From Negaprion brevirostris (Eukaryota): a stretch of 64,000 nt of DNA. The DNA lies in assembly GCA_030324005.1 (NCBI GenBank), contig JARDVH010000137.1:13067854-13131853 (forward strand). The letters are read 5' to 3'. Both the position numbers and the translations under genes were made by a program. The notes under the pieces were generated by a model. The model was not told where the DNA came from. It saw nothing but the letters and a program-made list of their open reading frames with translations, and did no database searches. Positions 52,013-64,000 of the stretch are shown here, piece by piece (positions within the stretch are counted from its first letter, which is position 1; every line of letters starts with the position of its first letter).

Positions 52013-53439
52013 CTTTACATTTTCTGATGAAGAACAGAAACTGCAAGGTACCCTATTTTCTGAATGTAACACAAAAAGAACAAATATTTGCAAATACCAT
52101 TCAAATTCCATCGTAGCTATTGCAGTCTTTCTGCCTTCTGACACCATTAGAATTCACATCAAAGAGAGGAACTTGACATGAATAGTAGAAAAGTAGAATG
52201 TCTGTCAAAAACACATTTTGAAATATATGCTGATCTGATTTTTAAGTGCCATCTTTCAAGGCTTTAAGTCATTTGATAATGCTGGAGTCCAGGTCTACTT
52301 TTACCTTCCCAGCTTACAGCTACATCTTTTATAATACTGATTTAATATATCAGTCATGCAGCAATTTAAAAAATAAAAAGTAGGACCTTCAGTATTCAAG
52401 TGAAAAAATGACATTTCTAACATTGCTGTAATTTTGTATAATACGTTATAAAACAACTTTCATGAGTCATCATAACTGAGTTTCCAGTGTTGACTGTACT
52501 CCTAACACTTACAATTATTTAATTTTTCACCAATGCAAATTAAAACTGGTATATGCATCAAAAGGTGGACAGTATTATGGAATGCAACTAATTTAAACAG
52601 TACAAGCGCATACTTNNNNNNNNNNNNNNNNNNNNNNNNNNNNNNNNNNNNNNNNNNNNNNNNNNNNNNNNNNNNNNNNNNNNNNNNNNNNNNNNNNNNN
52701 NNNNNNNNNNNNNNNTAATTCACGAAGAGGGGAAAGGGATGCACTCGGTGAGCGTGAAAGGGTTTTTATAGACATGCTGTGTCTTCACTGAGAGAGCAAC
52801 GAGATGTGATGCCACTCCGTTCAGTGTATTAGTGTACCAAAGTCCCCCCAAATGCCAAAGGGAGGAAACAAACTAAATTTGTTCTATTCCTGTTATAACC
52901 AGGTGTTATTCTCACCAGCTTAGTAGCATACAAATAACTGGAATTTATTTTGTATGGCTGGGAATAGCAGCAATCATAATTTTACATCAGTGTTTTCAAG
53001 CCATCAGGATTAGCAGTGTATATCACCTCCTTTGTATTTCTGAGCCAGGCATTGAGACATTACGTGTTCTGTGGTCAGTTCTAGGTGACCGCAGTCACAC
53101 ACAAGAGAATTTTAATTCAATGGTATTCACATCTGCCATGGTTTTTACGATTGTGGTTTAAAGGACACCCATGAGCTCCAGGGGAGGTTGAAATCGGAGA
53201 CCCCCTATGTGGGGTCTTTCACAGGGTGTTTGATGGTGACTTCTTGTAGGACCATTAATTTTTCCAAGCTTCTTCAGGGTTGAAATCACAATGCCTGAGG
53301 TTCTGCACATGGGTCCAAACTGGTGGAGAGTACAAAAGGACCTCTCAATAACAACACCTGGAAAGAAGTTCATCATCAAATATGCTGGACAAGGACTCTG
53401 ATCCCCCTGCAAGCTCACAACCCCACTGGCATAGGTGAG

Positions 53440-54330
53440 ATGAAGGAAGGGTTACTGGCACTGAAGAAAGGAGAGGTAAATGGCTGAGATAGTCAATCCC
53501 AGAATTTCTTCAACAACTAGGCCCAAAGGGAATCTAGTGGCTTGCAAGATTGTACAGCAAAACCTTGGAATCAGGGTGCATCCCTGAAGCAAGGTGGAAT
53601 GATGGTCTCTGAAATTCTAAAACCTGGCAAGCCAATTAACAACCCACCAAGGTAAAGGCCAGTATTATTTTTATGCATGACTTACAAACTCCTAGAACGT
53701 ATCATTCTATAGAGAATCAGTCCTCTCTTCAAAGCCATAATCCCTGAAGAAAATGCAGGCATCTGGCGTAAACACAGTTGCTGTGACCAAGTTCTTACAG
53801 TGAGGCTTGTTTCCAGGGGAAACTCAAGACAGGTGCAGTCAATGTAAACCTATCGTCAGTTATGACACAGTCTGGATAAAAGACCCAAAGCTAAAACTCC
53901 TGCTTTGGGCAAAACTGAGTAATAGATGTTTACATGTCCACCTCAGTGACAAAGTCAGCTCACCTTGATCACTCAACAACAGATTGTCACAAGGATCAGT
54001 ACCATACCCCCTGTTTTAGCAAAGTGCTCTGGACTGTCATATCAGTTTTAACAAGTCTACTTCTCTATTGTCCTGAAGAAACAGCAAAGCAATGTGACAA
54101 AGTCAATCATGCATGCATCTTGAAGGATGCAATATAATTATTTCTTTGCAAAGTAAAACTGTAGCCTGGAAGGTGCAACTAACCTTCCCCAAGTCACTTC
54201 CCATGTGATGTTCCAAATCTATCAGTTTAGTCATAAAAAAGAAGACCAGGCCCCAGAGCCTGCTCCAGCTTCTCCAAGCTACAATATGGAAAGAAGGTGA
54301 GCACTAAACTGGTGCAGCAATCATACCCAA
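53440..54330 (+). mobile_element. Decayed non-LTR RT, Ingi/Vingi (I-group)-like
   Basis: EILKPGKP...RP...CMTYKLLERIIL*RI...AG...SCCDQVL; KLKTGAV..LS..YDTVW; LSQGS. Confidence 0.6.
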
Positions 54331-55224
54331 GGTGTACTTCAGCAACAAAGTCGTCAAATCAGCAATTATTGAAATAAATGACCAGCCAGTACTCGTACTA
54401 CTATGCATCAAGATTGGATTCAGGAGAGATCCAAATGTGCCAGCCTGGAGACTAGCACAGATCAAAGCATTTCTTACCCACACCTGAATAACAATTTCCC
54501 CATATAGGTTGAACAAACAATGAGCTAGAAGGCAAGGCAGGGATGTAATTAGGATTGCCAATTCTAGTTGTATGCACTTCTGGAAATTTCCTCAGACAAT
54601 ACCTCCCTTCTCGAATGGTCCTTCATAATCATTTAGCCATTTTAAGCCCATTTCCAATATTTTTACAACTCAAACAGAAGTATTTTAACAATAGAAAGAC
54701 AACATATTTTCAATGTCCCTATTATTTTCTTTTTTTGCTCGTAGCAGTGTCCAGGAGAAAAATCTTCAATTCCCAGAGACTCAGTAATGCTAGGTGCGAT
54801 ACACTTGTGCAGCACAGTACGTTCATTAAGTTCATGGCCAAAATCCCGCAATGCCAAGCTGCCAATCTCAGCTGTATCAATGCCAGAATATGCTGGCTGA
54901 AGTATATGTCTTCCTGGATAGAATAATAATCAGCAGAAAGGTTTCTCCTACTGACAATTTTTCTATTATATTGTACCTCAGAAGAGTTAGAATAACTTTA
55001 AATGAAACATGAGTCAATTCCAGACTGCCTACCAATTTGGCACAGCAATACTGGCAGCAGTTCTTTCTTAACAACACCCATGCCATGGCTTTAGAAAATC
55101 AGAAGAAAGGAAAGAATTTTTAAAATTATGGACTTCCACTCTTAGAAGTTAGCAAATAATGAAACTGTGAAGCTAACAATGAACAAGGGTACACAATGTG
55201 TGCATATCACTTGCCTATACACAT

Positions 55225-55580
55225 ACATATGGTGTGGTGGGATTGTTTGTCATTAGACTTCTAATCCAGAGACTCTGGATACTTCTCTGGGGCCACTGGA
55301 TCAAATCCCATGACAGCAGATGGTAAAATACAAATCCAACAAAACTCTGGAATTAAAAACCTAAAGATGACCACAAAATCACTGTCAATTGTCATAGAAA
55401 CCATCTGGCTCACTAATGCCCTTCAGGGAAGGAAATCTGCCATCCTTCTGTAGTCTGGTCTACATGTGACTCCAGAGCCACAGCAACGTGGTTGACTCTG
55501 AACTGCCACTCAGTTCATGGGCAATTAGGGCTGGTCAACTTTGCAATGCCCACATTCCATGAAAGAATAAAGAAAAAATA
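55225..55580 (+). mobile_element. Second-family tRNA SINE
   Basis: Homologous to 6085-6432 (cactaatg.cctt.agggaaggaaa..ctacatgtgactccaga). Confidence 0.8.
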
Positions 55581-55696
55581 ATCAATTTTCCTGATATTGC
55601 TAGAGAAAGTTTTTTTAAAAATGCTTTTATTTGAAGAAAAACTAAAATAACAAGAAAAAAACTGAGTTTTGTAATTCCACAAAAATTTATTTACTT

Positions 55697-56000
55697 GGGG
55701 CAGCACGGTGGTTGGTACTGCTGCCTCACAGCGCCAGGGACCCAGGTTCAATTCCGGCCTCAGGTCGCTGCCTTTGTGGAGTCTGCACGTTCTCCCTGTG
55801 TCTGAAAGGGTGTTTTTTCCTATGCTCCGGTTTCCTCCCATAATCCAAAGATGTGCAAGTTAGGTTGATTGGTCATGCCAAATTGACCCCAAATGTCAAG
55901 GGGTTAGCAGGATAAATATGTGGGGTTATGAGAATAGGGCCTGGGTGAGATCATGAACTGAATGGCCTCCTTCTGCACTGCAGGGATTCTATGATTCTGT
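55697..56000 (+). mobile_element. HE1-like SINE
   Basis: gggcagcacggtgg..ctgcctcacagcgccagggacccaggttcaattcc head; gggattctatgattct tail. Confidence 0.88.
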
Positions 56001-57129
56001 TTTATTATTTCAGTTAAAAAGACAAGCACATAGCATCCTAAAAGTTTTTTTTTAAATAGTGAAACTTGATGCGTTACCACACTGCCAAATCTACCACTAT
56101 GTCTCCCTTCTAAAATATTCTGCAAGAGGTTACATTCCTTAGCAAAAAGGCAAAAATCAATGGTCACTTTTAACCAACTACAAAGAGACAGACAAGAAAT
56201 GGATTGTTGTCCTTTGCTTGCCACCACTTCAGCATTTTCTCCTGAGAAGCTTGCAACAAAAATTAACCTGCAGAGAACAGGAGGCAGGAATCCAAATCTT
56301 CCAGATATGTACAATATTGTATTCCTCCCCAATATGTTACACCAAAGGCTCACCTCATTATTTTTAGACAAAACAATATATACTCTTAAATCAATAGTTG
56401 CTTTCCTTGCCTTTCAATTCTATTTTTCTTACTCTGATGTAAATAGCACTAGCTGTTTCAGGCTTCTACTCAACAACACTTCTTGACCTAATTCTGCATC
56501 AGCTTCAATTTTCTGCCCTAGAAACTGCCAGATTGGGTCTACACCTCCCTCAGGCTTTCAAGTCTTGTTTAAAAAAAGCTGCATGAAGTTCAGCTAGAGG
56601 CAAACAAAGGCTTCAGTCATTCTGACTGCTCTAATTGCCCTGATAGTTGGCTTATAGCAAGATGATTCAATTAGATCCAACTGCCACATTCTGTACAGCA
56701 ATCTCACATGCAGCACTTACAATCTGTAAATATCTGAAGTCATGATGTGTTGCAATTCATGTTGACATTGAAACATAAACTAGATTCACTTCCCTCTTTG
56801 TTTACCTAAATAAATTAATTATTAAACCATTTTTCACTTGATTTTGAAAATCAGCTTTCCTGGTTTGAAGAATGTAATTTGACAAATATTTCATTTTATG
56901 GATTAAACCTCTGTGAAAACAAAGTTGAATACATCATGGAATATGTTAGAAAAAAAGAGTTAGGAATGGAGAATAACCAATTCATAAGATTGACTATGAT
57001 TAAGTATTTGAGTAGAATTAGATAGTCCAACCAAACATAACATGCAAACAGACACTTAATCATTGTCATGAGTTGTGTGATAGTTTATGCTACTGAATTA
57101 AAGGAGACTTGAGCTCTCTGTATAACTGT

Positions 57130-57400
57130 ATTAGAACATAGAACATTACAGCGCAGAACAGGCCCTTCGGCCCACGATGTTGCATCGACCAGTTAAAAAA
57201 CAATGANNNNNNNNNNNNNNNNNNNNNNNNNNNNNNNNNNNNNNNNNNNNNNNNNNNNNNNNNNNNNNNNNNNNNNNNNNNNNNNNNNNNNNNNNNNNNN
57301 NNNNNNCCTGTAATGTGGGGACCAGAACTGCACACAATACTCCAAGTGCGGCCGCACCAGAGTTGTGTACAGTTGCAACATGATGCTGCGACTCCTATTA
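57130..57400 (-). mobile_element. CR1 3' fragment (gapped)
   Basis: [25 protein letters not shown]. Confidence 0.88.
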
Positions 57401-59177
57401 GGTCATGGATTGCCACTATTGTAATATATGTAATATTTCTTACAATAATTCAGAGTTATCAATGGTTGTAGTCACATTCTATTATATATCTGCTAAGAAG
57501 GTGGCAAGAACACACCACTCTTACGTCAAGAACTATGGTCCTCTTTGGGAATGCTGCACTTAAATATTAAAACACAGAAGTCTGTTGAAGTAAAACAGAG
57601 TAAATATGACATGGCTTCAAATGAATGTGGAATTAATGTTGAACTTAAATCTATTCAAGCTTCATCTTCTCACTTCACACCTAACAAGTGATCTAATTTA
57701 AAATTTTAGCAGTAATATCTAAAGCACTAATATCCATCTATACACTAATGCGTGCAATCTATCTGAACATTTATGACAATTTAATTACCCGGTTGAATTA
57801 ATAGAGAGATTTGTTTTAGCTTTGAAGGTATTTTAAATCATTAATTCTCATTTTATTTCACTAAATCTAATCTTCCTGATATTGCTAAGAATAAAGCAAA
57901 GTCAGAGAAAAGGCTTAAAAATATTGTGACTAAACACAGATGGAATTATTATATTTTTTGCACCTCAAGACATGACCTTTTCCAGAAAAGAAATCACCTA
58001 AATTCCGTGTGTCTCATTGCTGAAGTTATACCAAAATATTTCCTTTCAAGTTCGTGGTGGGTTTGAAACATATAAGATTCACAAGGGTTTGAAAGGGTAG
58101 ACACTGAGGTGTCCTGGCTGGTGAATGCACAACACAGGAGCACAATCTCAGGGTCAGGCGATGATCATTAGGACAGAGCCTCAAGGATGAGCTATGTAAT
58201 TGTAACAACATTGAACTTATTACAAACGTTCTAATGGTCTGCCAAATATAATAAGTAGTCTCACTGAACCAGGGAACGTACAACACAGAAAAAAANNNNN
58301 NNNNNNNNNNNNNNNNNNNNNNNNNNNNNNNNNNNNNNNNNNNNNNNNNNNNNNNNNNNNNNNNNNNNNNNNNNNNNNNNNNNNNNNNNNNNNNNAAAAA
58401 ACAAATAAGAGGGCACTCAGTTAAGTTCATACCTCCACCATGACTTAAAGTTAACATTATTAGAATTATGCATTTCTTCCTGGAGGCTCTCTCATGACTG
58501 GCTTGGTGCTCTGTTTAATATAAAGCTGAGAAATAAATCTTTTTATTAAGAAATCCCATCACACTGAGGTGGCTTCAGGTATTTCCAAATCCAACAACCT
58601 GCTCTGAAAAATCTGCTCACAGTTAGCAGCTTTGACAAATTAGACCACAACAAATTAGACAAACAACATCAAAAATCAAACAACATTCCACAAAGTCAAT
58701 TTTCCCCATCTCCTGATGTTACTTAAAAAATTCCAGTATCTCAATTTGTATTTTTTGTTAAAAAAAATTACTTCTTCCTTGGGCCAATGCTTATTGGCAT
58801 ACCAGGATTTGTTGAAAATTGCCCATTGGTCATTGAGATATATTGTTTACATACAAACAAAAAGGATGGAAGAGGACAGCCTCTTTAATCAAGCAGACAT
58901 GCAAGGAAGTGGCTAAGGAAGTCAGCAGCCAAATTGTAGCCCCCTCCAACCTGAAAATAGTAAATCAGGAGGATTCAGGACCTCAGAAGGACATGNNNNN
59001 NNNNNNNNNNNNNNNNNNNNNNNNNNNNNNNNNNNNNNNNNNNNNNNNNNNNNNNNNNNNNNNNNNNNNNNNNNNNNNNNNNNNNNNNNNNNNNNNNNNN
59101 NNNNNNNNNNNNNNNNNNNNNNNNNNNNNNNNNNNNNNNNNNNNNNNNNNNNNNNNNNNNNNNNNNNNNNNNNNNNN

Positions 59178-59365
59178 TCCCCCATTCCCTCAGACTCAAT
59201 GCACAGTTCCCCTCCTTTGTCCCTAAGAGGACCTATTTTCCCTCTAACCACCCTCTTGTTCCTAATATGAGTAAAATGCTTTTGGATTTTCCTTAATCCT
59301 ATCTGCCAAAGCCATTTCATGCCCCCTTTTTGCCCTTCTAACTCCCCTTTTGAGCTCCCTCCTAC
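59178..59365 (-). mobile_element. CR1 ORF2 fragment
   Basis: HIRNKRVVRGKIGPLRDKGGELC. Confidence 0.75.
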
Positions 59366-59369
59366 AGGC

Positions 59370-59700
59370 CCATCTTCTCTACTGAGGCAGACTTGTTGCA
59401 GGAAGCTGCAGATGTTATTCACAACCTGTCGCTTGTGTTCAGACATGTGAACAGCTTTGATCCTCCACCTGTAAACTCTATCTTGGGGGCTCTCATCTCC
59501 TTCAAATTGCATTTCTTCATCTATGTTATCTGAACGATGAAAGTACTACTGAAGACAAGGCAGCTGGTGTTGCTCCAGCTGCTGCTTATCCTCTTATCCT
59601 GGCACCAAAGCCACGTTGTGGTGAAACCTGGCAGCAGGGAAGTGCAGCTGAAGGTCCATGAAGTGCTGGACAGGTAAAGTGCCTTCCAAGTTAGCAATCA
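59370..59700 (-). mobile_element. Possible PIF/Harbinger transposase N-terminal remnant
   Basis: RVYRWR...MSEH.RQVVNNICSFL resembles the N-terminus of HARBI1-like transposases. Confidence 0.4.
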
Positions 59701-60779
59701 TTTTTTTAAGCATCAAAAATACTCTCTAAGAGAATATGTGCTATGTACAGCTTCTGCTCACTTGGCCATGGCTAGAACATTTCAGTTTCACTTTGTGTTC
59801 CTGCTTCAGTGATCCTGGAGAGTTACCGAGGGATTGAAAAGCAGGTGCCTGGTTGTTGTAGCCAGAAATGAGAGTTTAAAATGTTCTGAATCAACCTAAG
59901 CAAATATTTTAATCACTTACCCAATAGCTGCATGGCGGTTCCCAGGGTCCCTTCAATTCCAGCAAAACTCAGATGCGAGTGAAATGATGATGGAATCCAA
60001 ACCCGACATCACTTTTAGGGGATTTAACTACCCACATGCATTCAAACTCCAATTCTAGTTCCAAGGGAAAATTAACCCATTGTTTCCTATCCTGGGCACA
60101 CAACTTTAACGCAGTTTTGGTGAGGATCCAGAAGATATTTACTAGAATGATTCCAGGGAATCAAGATTTCAGTTACTTGGATAGACTGGAGTATCTGGGA
60201 TTGCTCTCTTTGTAGCAGGGTAGGCTTAGAGGAGATCGGATAGTAGTATTTAAAATCAAAGACATAGATGGAGTAAATGTGAGGAAAATACACTACTGAA
60301 CAAGTTTCAAGCTTTTAAGTTAATTAAATTGAGGGTGCATTCAAAGTTCTATTGAACTTTCTGTTGTTAATTTAGTAGAAATTTTCATTATAATTCCAAG
60401 AACTAGAAATAATGTACAATATTACAATACAAATTGGTCATTGCCTGTTAAAACGGACAACATAACATTAATAGGCCAGGCGCTCATACAAACAATAATT
60501 TTAAGTCAATCAATATGTGGTTTTGCAAGATCCAAAATTCTGAATAACCAGAAATATTTTATTCTAGACTTGACATAAATGAGCAAATCCAAAAAAGTGT
60601 ACCAACCACTTGGAAGAAATTTCAGATTTTAAATGATTATCATGTCAATTAGACACATGATTACAAATTGTTTAAAAAAATCTTTTAAAAATGGACATTG
60701 TTGGGCTTTAAAATGGTTGTTACACGTTATCTGATTTTTGGGTTGGCCAAGTTTCTGGAAGTTTCTAAAAGTGAAGTAC

Positions 60780-61140
60780 ATTGACCACAGCCTTGCGGAC
60801 CGCTGCCTTGGAAAACCAGCCAGCATAATTAAGGACACCACGCACCCTCTACATACTCTCTTCCACTTTCTTCCATTTGGAAAATGGCACAAAAGTCTGG
60901 GGTTACGTACCAACTGACTCAAGAACAGCTTCCTCCCTGCTACCATCAGACTTTTGAATGGACCTACATCGCACTAAGTTGATCTTACTCTACACCCTAG
61001 CTATGACTGTAACACTACATTCTGCTCCCTTTCCTTTCTTTCTCCCCCATGTACTCCCCTATGTGTGTTGTCTGTACTGCACACAAGAAACAATACTTTT
61101 CGCTGTATCCCAATACTGTTACAATAATAAATCATACCAA
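60780..61140 (+). mobile_element. Rex1/Babar-like LINE 3' end
   Basis: cgctgccttggaaaa.cagccagcataat matches 38010-38040; RLKNSFLPATIRLLN; aataataaa tail. Confidence 0.8.
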
Positions 61141-61734
61141 ATTGTCCAACCTGCCATTGTCAGGACTCAGTCCAAAACTGATTATGCACAAGGAAGTGCT
61201 GAGAAGGCCCATCTACCTCCATTGTATGTTGAAGGTTTGGATCGGGGAGGTGGAAGCTACTTTGTTAATCTGAATTGAATACTGATTGCTTCCCATTGTG
61301 TATCAATGAAACACCTTCATTTCTGAAAGCATTGAAATTATAATCCTGTTTTCTTGGAGACAACACTGCAGAATACAGCAGTAACAACACTGCAGACGCA
61401 TGGCTTTAACATCTAGTCTTCTGACCATGCAGCAAGGTTAAATTGTCAGGCCTCCTCAAAACCTATTCAGGAAATGAGCTCAATTTGCCTGCAGAAGCAA
61501 ATTCGTCCCCTGGCTACAAATATTATCAATACTGTGTTCCTCAACTTGATGCATCTTTCTTATTCTGAAGAAAACTACAAAAAGCACAATCATCCATTAC
61601 CTGAACATGCCTGGATTGAACTCCTGAGTGAAAGTAGTCTTCCCACTGAACTCTGACATCCACGTCAACAGATAACTATGGTTTGGTTTTAATATTCATT
61701 GAAGCAAAACTCATTTCTCTTACTGTATTGCGTA

Positions 61735-61866
61735 TGATGGTGTGCATATATTTGTGTGTGCTTGTGGTGGTGCGTGTGCACATGTGGGGTGGGTTGGTGT
61801 GCACGGGGGAGGTTGGTTGCTATGTGTGTGGGGGGGATTGGTTGATTGATGTCTGTGTAGGTGTGG
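61735..61866 (+). repeat. GT-rich low-complexity tract running into a gap
   Basis: Direct composition. Confidence 0.7.
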
Positions 61867-62819
61867 NNNNNNNNNNNNNNNNNNNNNNNNNNNNNNNNNN
61901 NNNNNNNNNNNNNNNNNNNNNNNNNNNNNNNNNNNNNNNNNNNNNNNNNNNNNNNNNNNNNNNNNNNNNNNNNNNNNNNNNNNNNNNNNNNNNNNNNNNN
62001 NNNNNNNNNNNNNNNNNNNNNNNNNNNNNNNNNNNNNNNNNNNNNNNNNNNNNNNNNNNNNNNNNNNNNNNNNNNNNNNNNNNNNNNNNNNNNNNNNNNN
62101 NNNNNNNNNNNNNNNNNNNNNNNNNNNNNNNNNNNNCATGTGTTGAACCTCATTCACTATCACCAGAAACCAAAATTATCACCGCTTTCTTTATTGTGCC
62201 TTCCAAGTTCAACAATGTATGTTGAAGGCTTTTCTATTTATTATTTTGTAACTTCATTTTCCAGAAAAGTCACAAAAACTAAAATCACATTCCACAAAAT
62301 ATTCTCTGTTCATAAAATTAAGTACAGCATGACTTATTGAATTGAAAGGAATGTTCCTAAAGATTCTCATAGCAGCAAATGCAAAGAGGACAAAAGGAAA
62401 TGACATGGCAAGATCTACACTGTACAACAACTGAGCTTATTCATATAGTTTTTGCTGAAACTACAGTTTTAGTAGGCACCAGTGAAGTTACCATAATTAT
62501 GGGTTAGTGTAAAATTGTTTGTTTACATCGATCTCACTGCATTGACATTTTTTTATTATTTGTTCCTATTGATTCTAATTAAATGTGAACCATAAAAATC
62601 GAAAAACCAAATTTGGATGTGATCTGTTCACTCAGATGTAAAGAAACTGCATTTTAAGCAATTTATTGACACTAACTTATGAACACGATGTACACAAACC
62701 ATCAAATTAAAAGAAAGTTCTAAATACAGAAATAGGTTTCTGTAGCAGGGAATCTGTTATTTGAATTAATTTATATCAAGGTTGAAAACCCAAACCATAT
62801 CATTGCTCCCAGAAAATGT

Positions 62820-63335
62820 GGATGTGCAGAATAAGCATCATCAAGGTAGGGAATCAGGGGATGTGCAATGCCAAGAGTGAATTTGTCAGGCAGGTAGTAG
62901 GGGAGGTGAGCATTTTCAGTGGTTTGAGAAGGCAAGTATTATTGGGTGGGTAGAGAGGTGGACGAGCATCATCAGGTGAGTGGGGTGAGGCTTGTCAGGC
63001 AAGTGGAGCAGTGAGCATTTTGGGGGTGCAGTGAAGGACAGGGCTGAGCATGGTCAAGAGTGGAGTTGAACATTTTAGGAGGCATGAGGGGATGAGCATT
63101 GCTGGGAGGCAGGTGACGGTAAGCATTGTTGGGCAGGTAGTGAGGGGAGGGTGAGCATGGTCATTGTAAAGGGAGGGTGAGTATTATTGGGCAGATAATG
63201 GGCATTATCATCGCTTCAGGTTGGGGCAGCATGACCACTGTTGCACGGGGGGAGGGGGTGAAAATTGTCAAGAGGGTTATTGACGGAGGTGAGCATCATC
63301 AGAGTTGTGGAGAGTGCAAGCATTGTCAAGGTTGG
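62820..63335 (+). repeat. Degenerate G-rich tandem array, ~17 units of ~21-33 bp with a GTGAGCAT-like core
   Basis: Cores at about 62831, 62906, 62932, 62962, 62985, 63011, 63044, 63066, 63092, 63119, 63151, 63177, 63198, 63226, 63258, 63289, 63316. Confidence 0.75.
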
Positions 63336-63721
63336 CGTTTTAGGCATTCTTGACACATCTGCTGCCTGGGATTACCATCTGGAGAAATATGGGGTAAATA
63401 TCTGGGTCAGTATGGTGCATCAAGCTCAAATCTCCGACAATAAGATCAGTGTTGAAAACATTCTCGAAGTGGCCCAGGCTGTGTAATTCTGCCCATAGGA
63501 TATTTAAACTTTCTGGTTAGGTGTTGCACAGCTGTGTGGCAAGAGTGGAGAACATCTCAGCATTCACTGTTGTTGCCACTGAAATACTCAAGCCATCATC
63601 AGTGTCACAAACTGCTGGAAATGAGACTTAATAACAGAATAGTGAGATAAAAGGATCAGTGAGTCCAATGGTTTCTCTCTTTACCCTGTTAAGAAAAGGA
63701 ACAGAGAGAGAAGCAGGACAA

Positions 63722-64000
63722 ATCACAGGTGAGGTGCCTGAAGATTGGAGAGTGGCAAATGTTGTGCCTTTGTTTAAAAAGGGCTGCTGGGAAAAGCCTG
63801 GGACCAACAGGCCAGTAAGCCTCAGATCTGTGGTGGGTAAATTATTGGAAGGTATTTTGAGAGACAGGCTTTACAGGCATTTAGAGATGCAAGTACTGAT
63901 TAGGGACAGTCAGCATGGCCTTGTGAGTGAAAGATCATATCTCACAAATTTGATTGAGTTTTTTGAAGGGGTAACCAAGAAGGTAGATGAGGGCAGTGCA
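63722..64000 (+). mobile_element. CR1 ORF2 RT fragment, open frame to window end
   Basis: GEVPEDWRVANVVPLFKKG..KPG.NRPVSL.SVVGKLLEGILRD...SQHG...LTNLIEFFEGVTKKVDEG. Confidence 0.92.

Noticed and set aside
52716-53110. Possible solo LTR or ERV fragment
   Set aside because: It begins at a gap, and no TG..CA ends, primer-binding site or target duplication could be identified.
59537-59677. + strand 46-aa ORF resembling a signal peptide (MKVLLKTRQLVLLQLLLILLSW...)
   Set aside because: The Leu richness is explained as the antisense of a CAG/Gln-rich stretch in a probable transposon remnant; no further exons were found.
61601-61675. Open phase-0 segment ending CAG|gtaatg as the possible missing exon 2
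   Set aside because: Its translation (LSVDVDVRVQWEDY...) has no similarity to the cytohesin coiled coil, and the acceptor lacks a pyrimidine tract.
62820-63335. Repeat-spacer architecture suggestive of a CRISPR array
   Set aside because: The core is only ~8-12 bp and degenerate, the spacers are G-rich and related, there are no cas genes, and the context is a vertebrate intron.

Overview
This is eukaryotic, AT-rich, gapped draft sequence. The repeat content (HE1-like tRNA-derived SINEs, CR1/HER1-like LINEs, Deu-domain SINEs) suggests a cartilaginous fish, probably a shark. The window lies inside a minus-strand cytohesin gene (Arf-GEF: coiled-coil, Sec7, PH), most like CYTH1. I resolved nine constitutive coding exons by hand (45646 down to 5497), all with canonical AG/GT ends and compatible phases. 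They encode [236 protein letters not shown](G)[49 protein letters not shown]. The first exons and the last exons are not visible. The 14-kb PH-domain intron contains the 3-nt GAG glycine microexon (13312-13314), known in cytohesins to switch phosphoinositide specificity. The same transposon-poor zone holds three further candidate tiny cassettes (3/6 nt, 33/52 nt, 11 nt). These are the most interesting unverified signal in the window. The rest is intronic and full of decayed CR1, Rex1/Babar, L1, Vingi-like, Gypsy and Harbinger-like elements, SINEs and MITE-like repeats. It also includes an 80-bp palindrome carrying two CTCF-like motifs and a G-rich degenerate array near the end. I see no prokaryotic-type system such as CRISPR. 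Repeat boundaries are approximate and family names come from motif recognition, not database searches.
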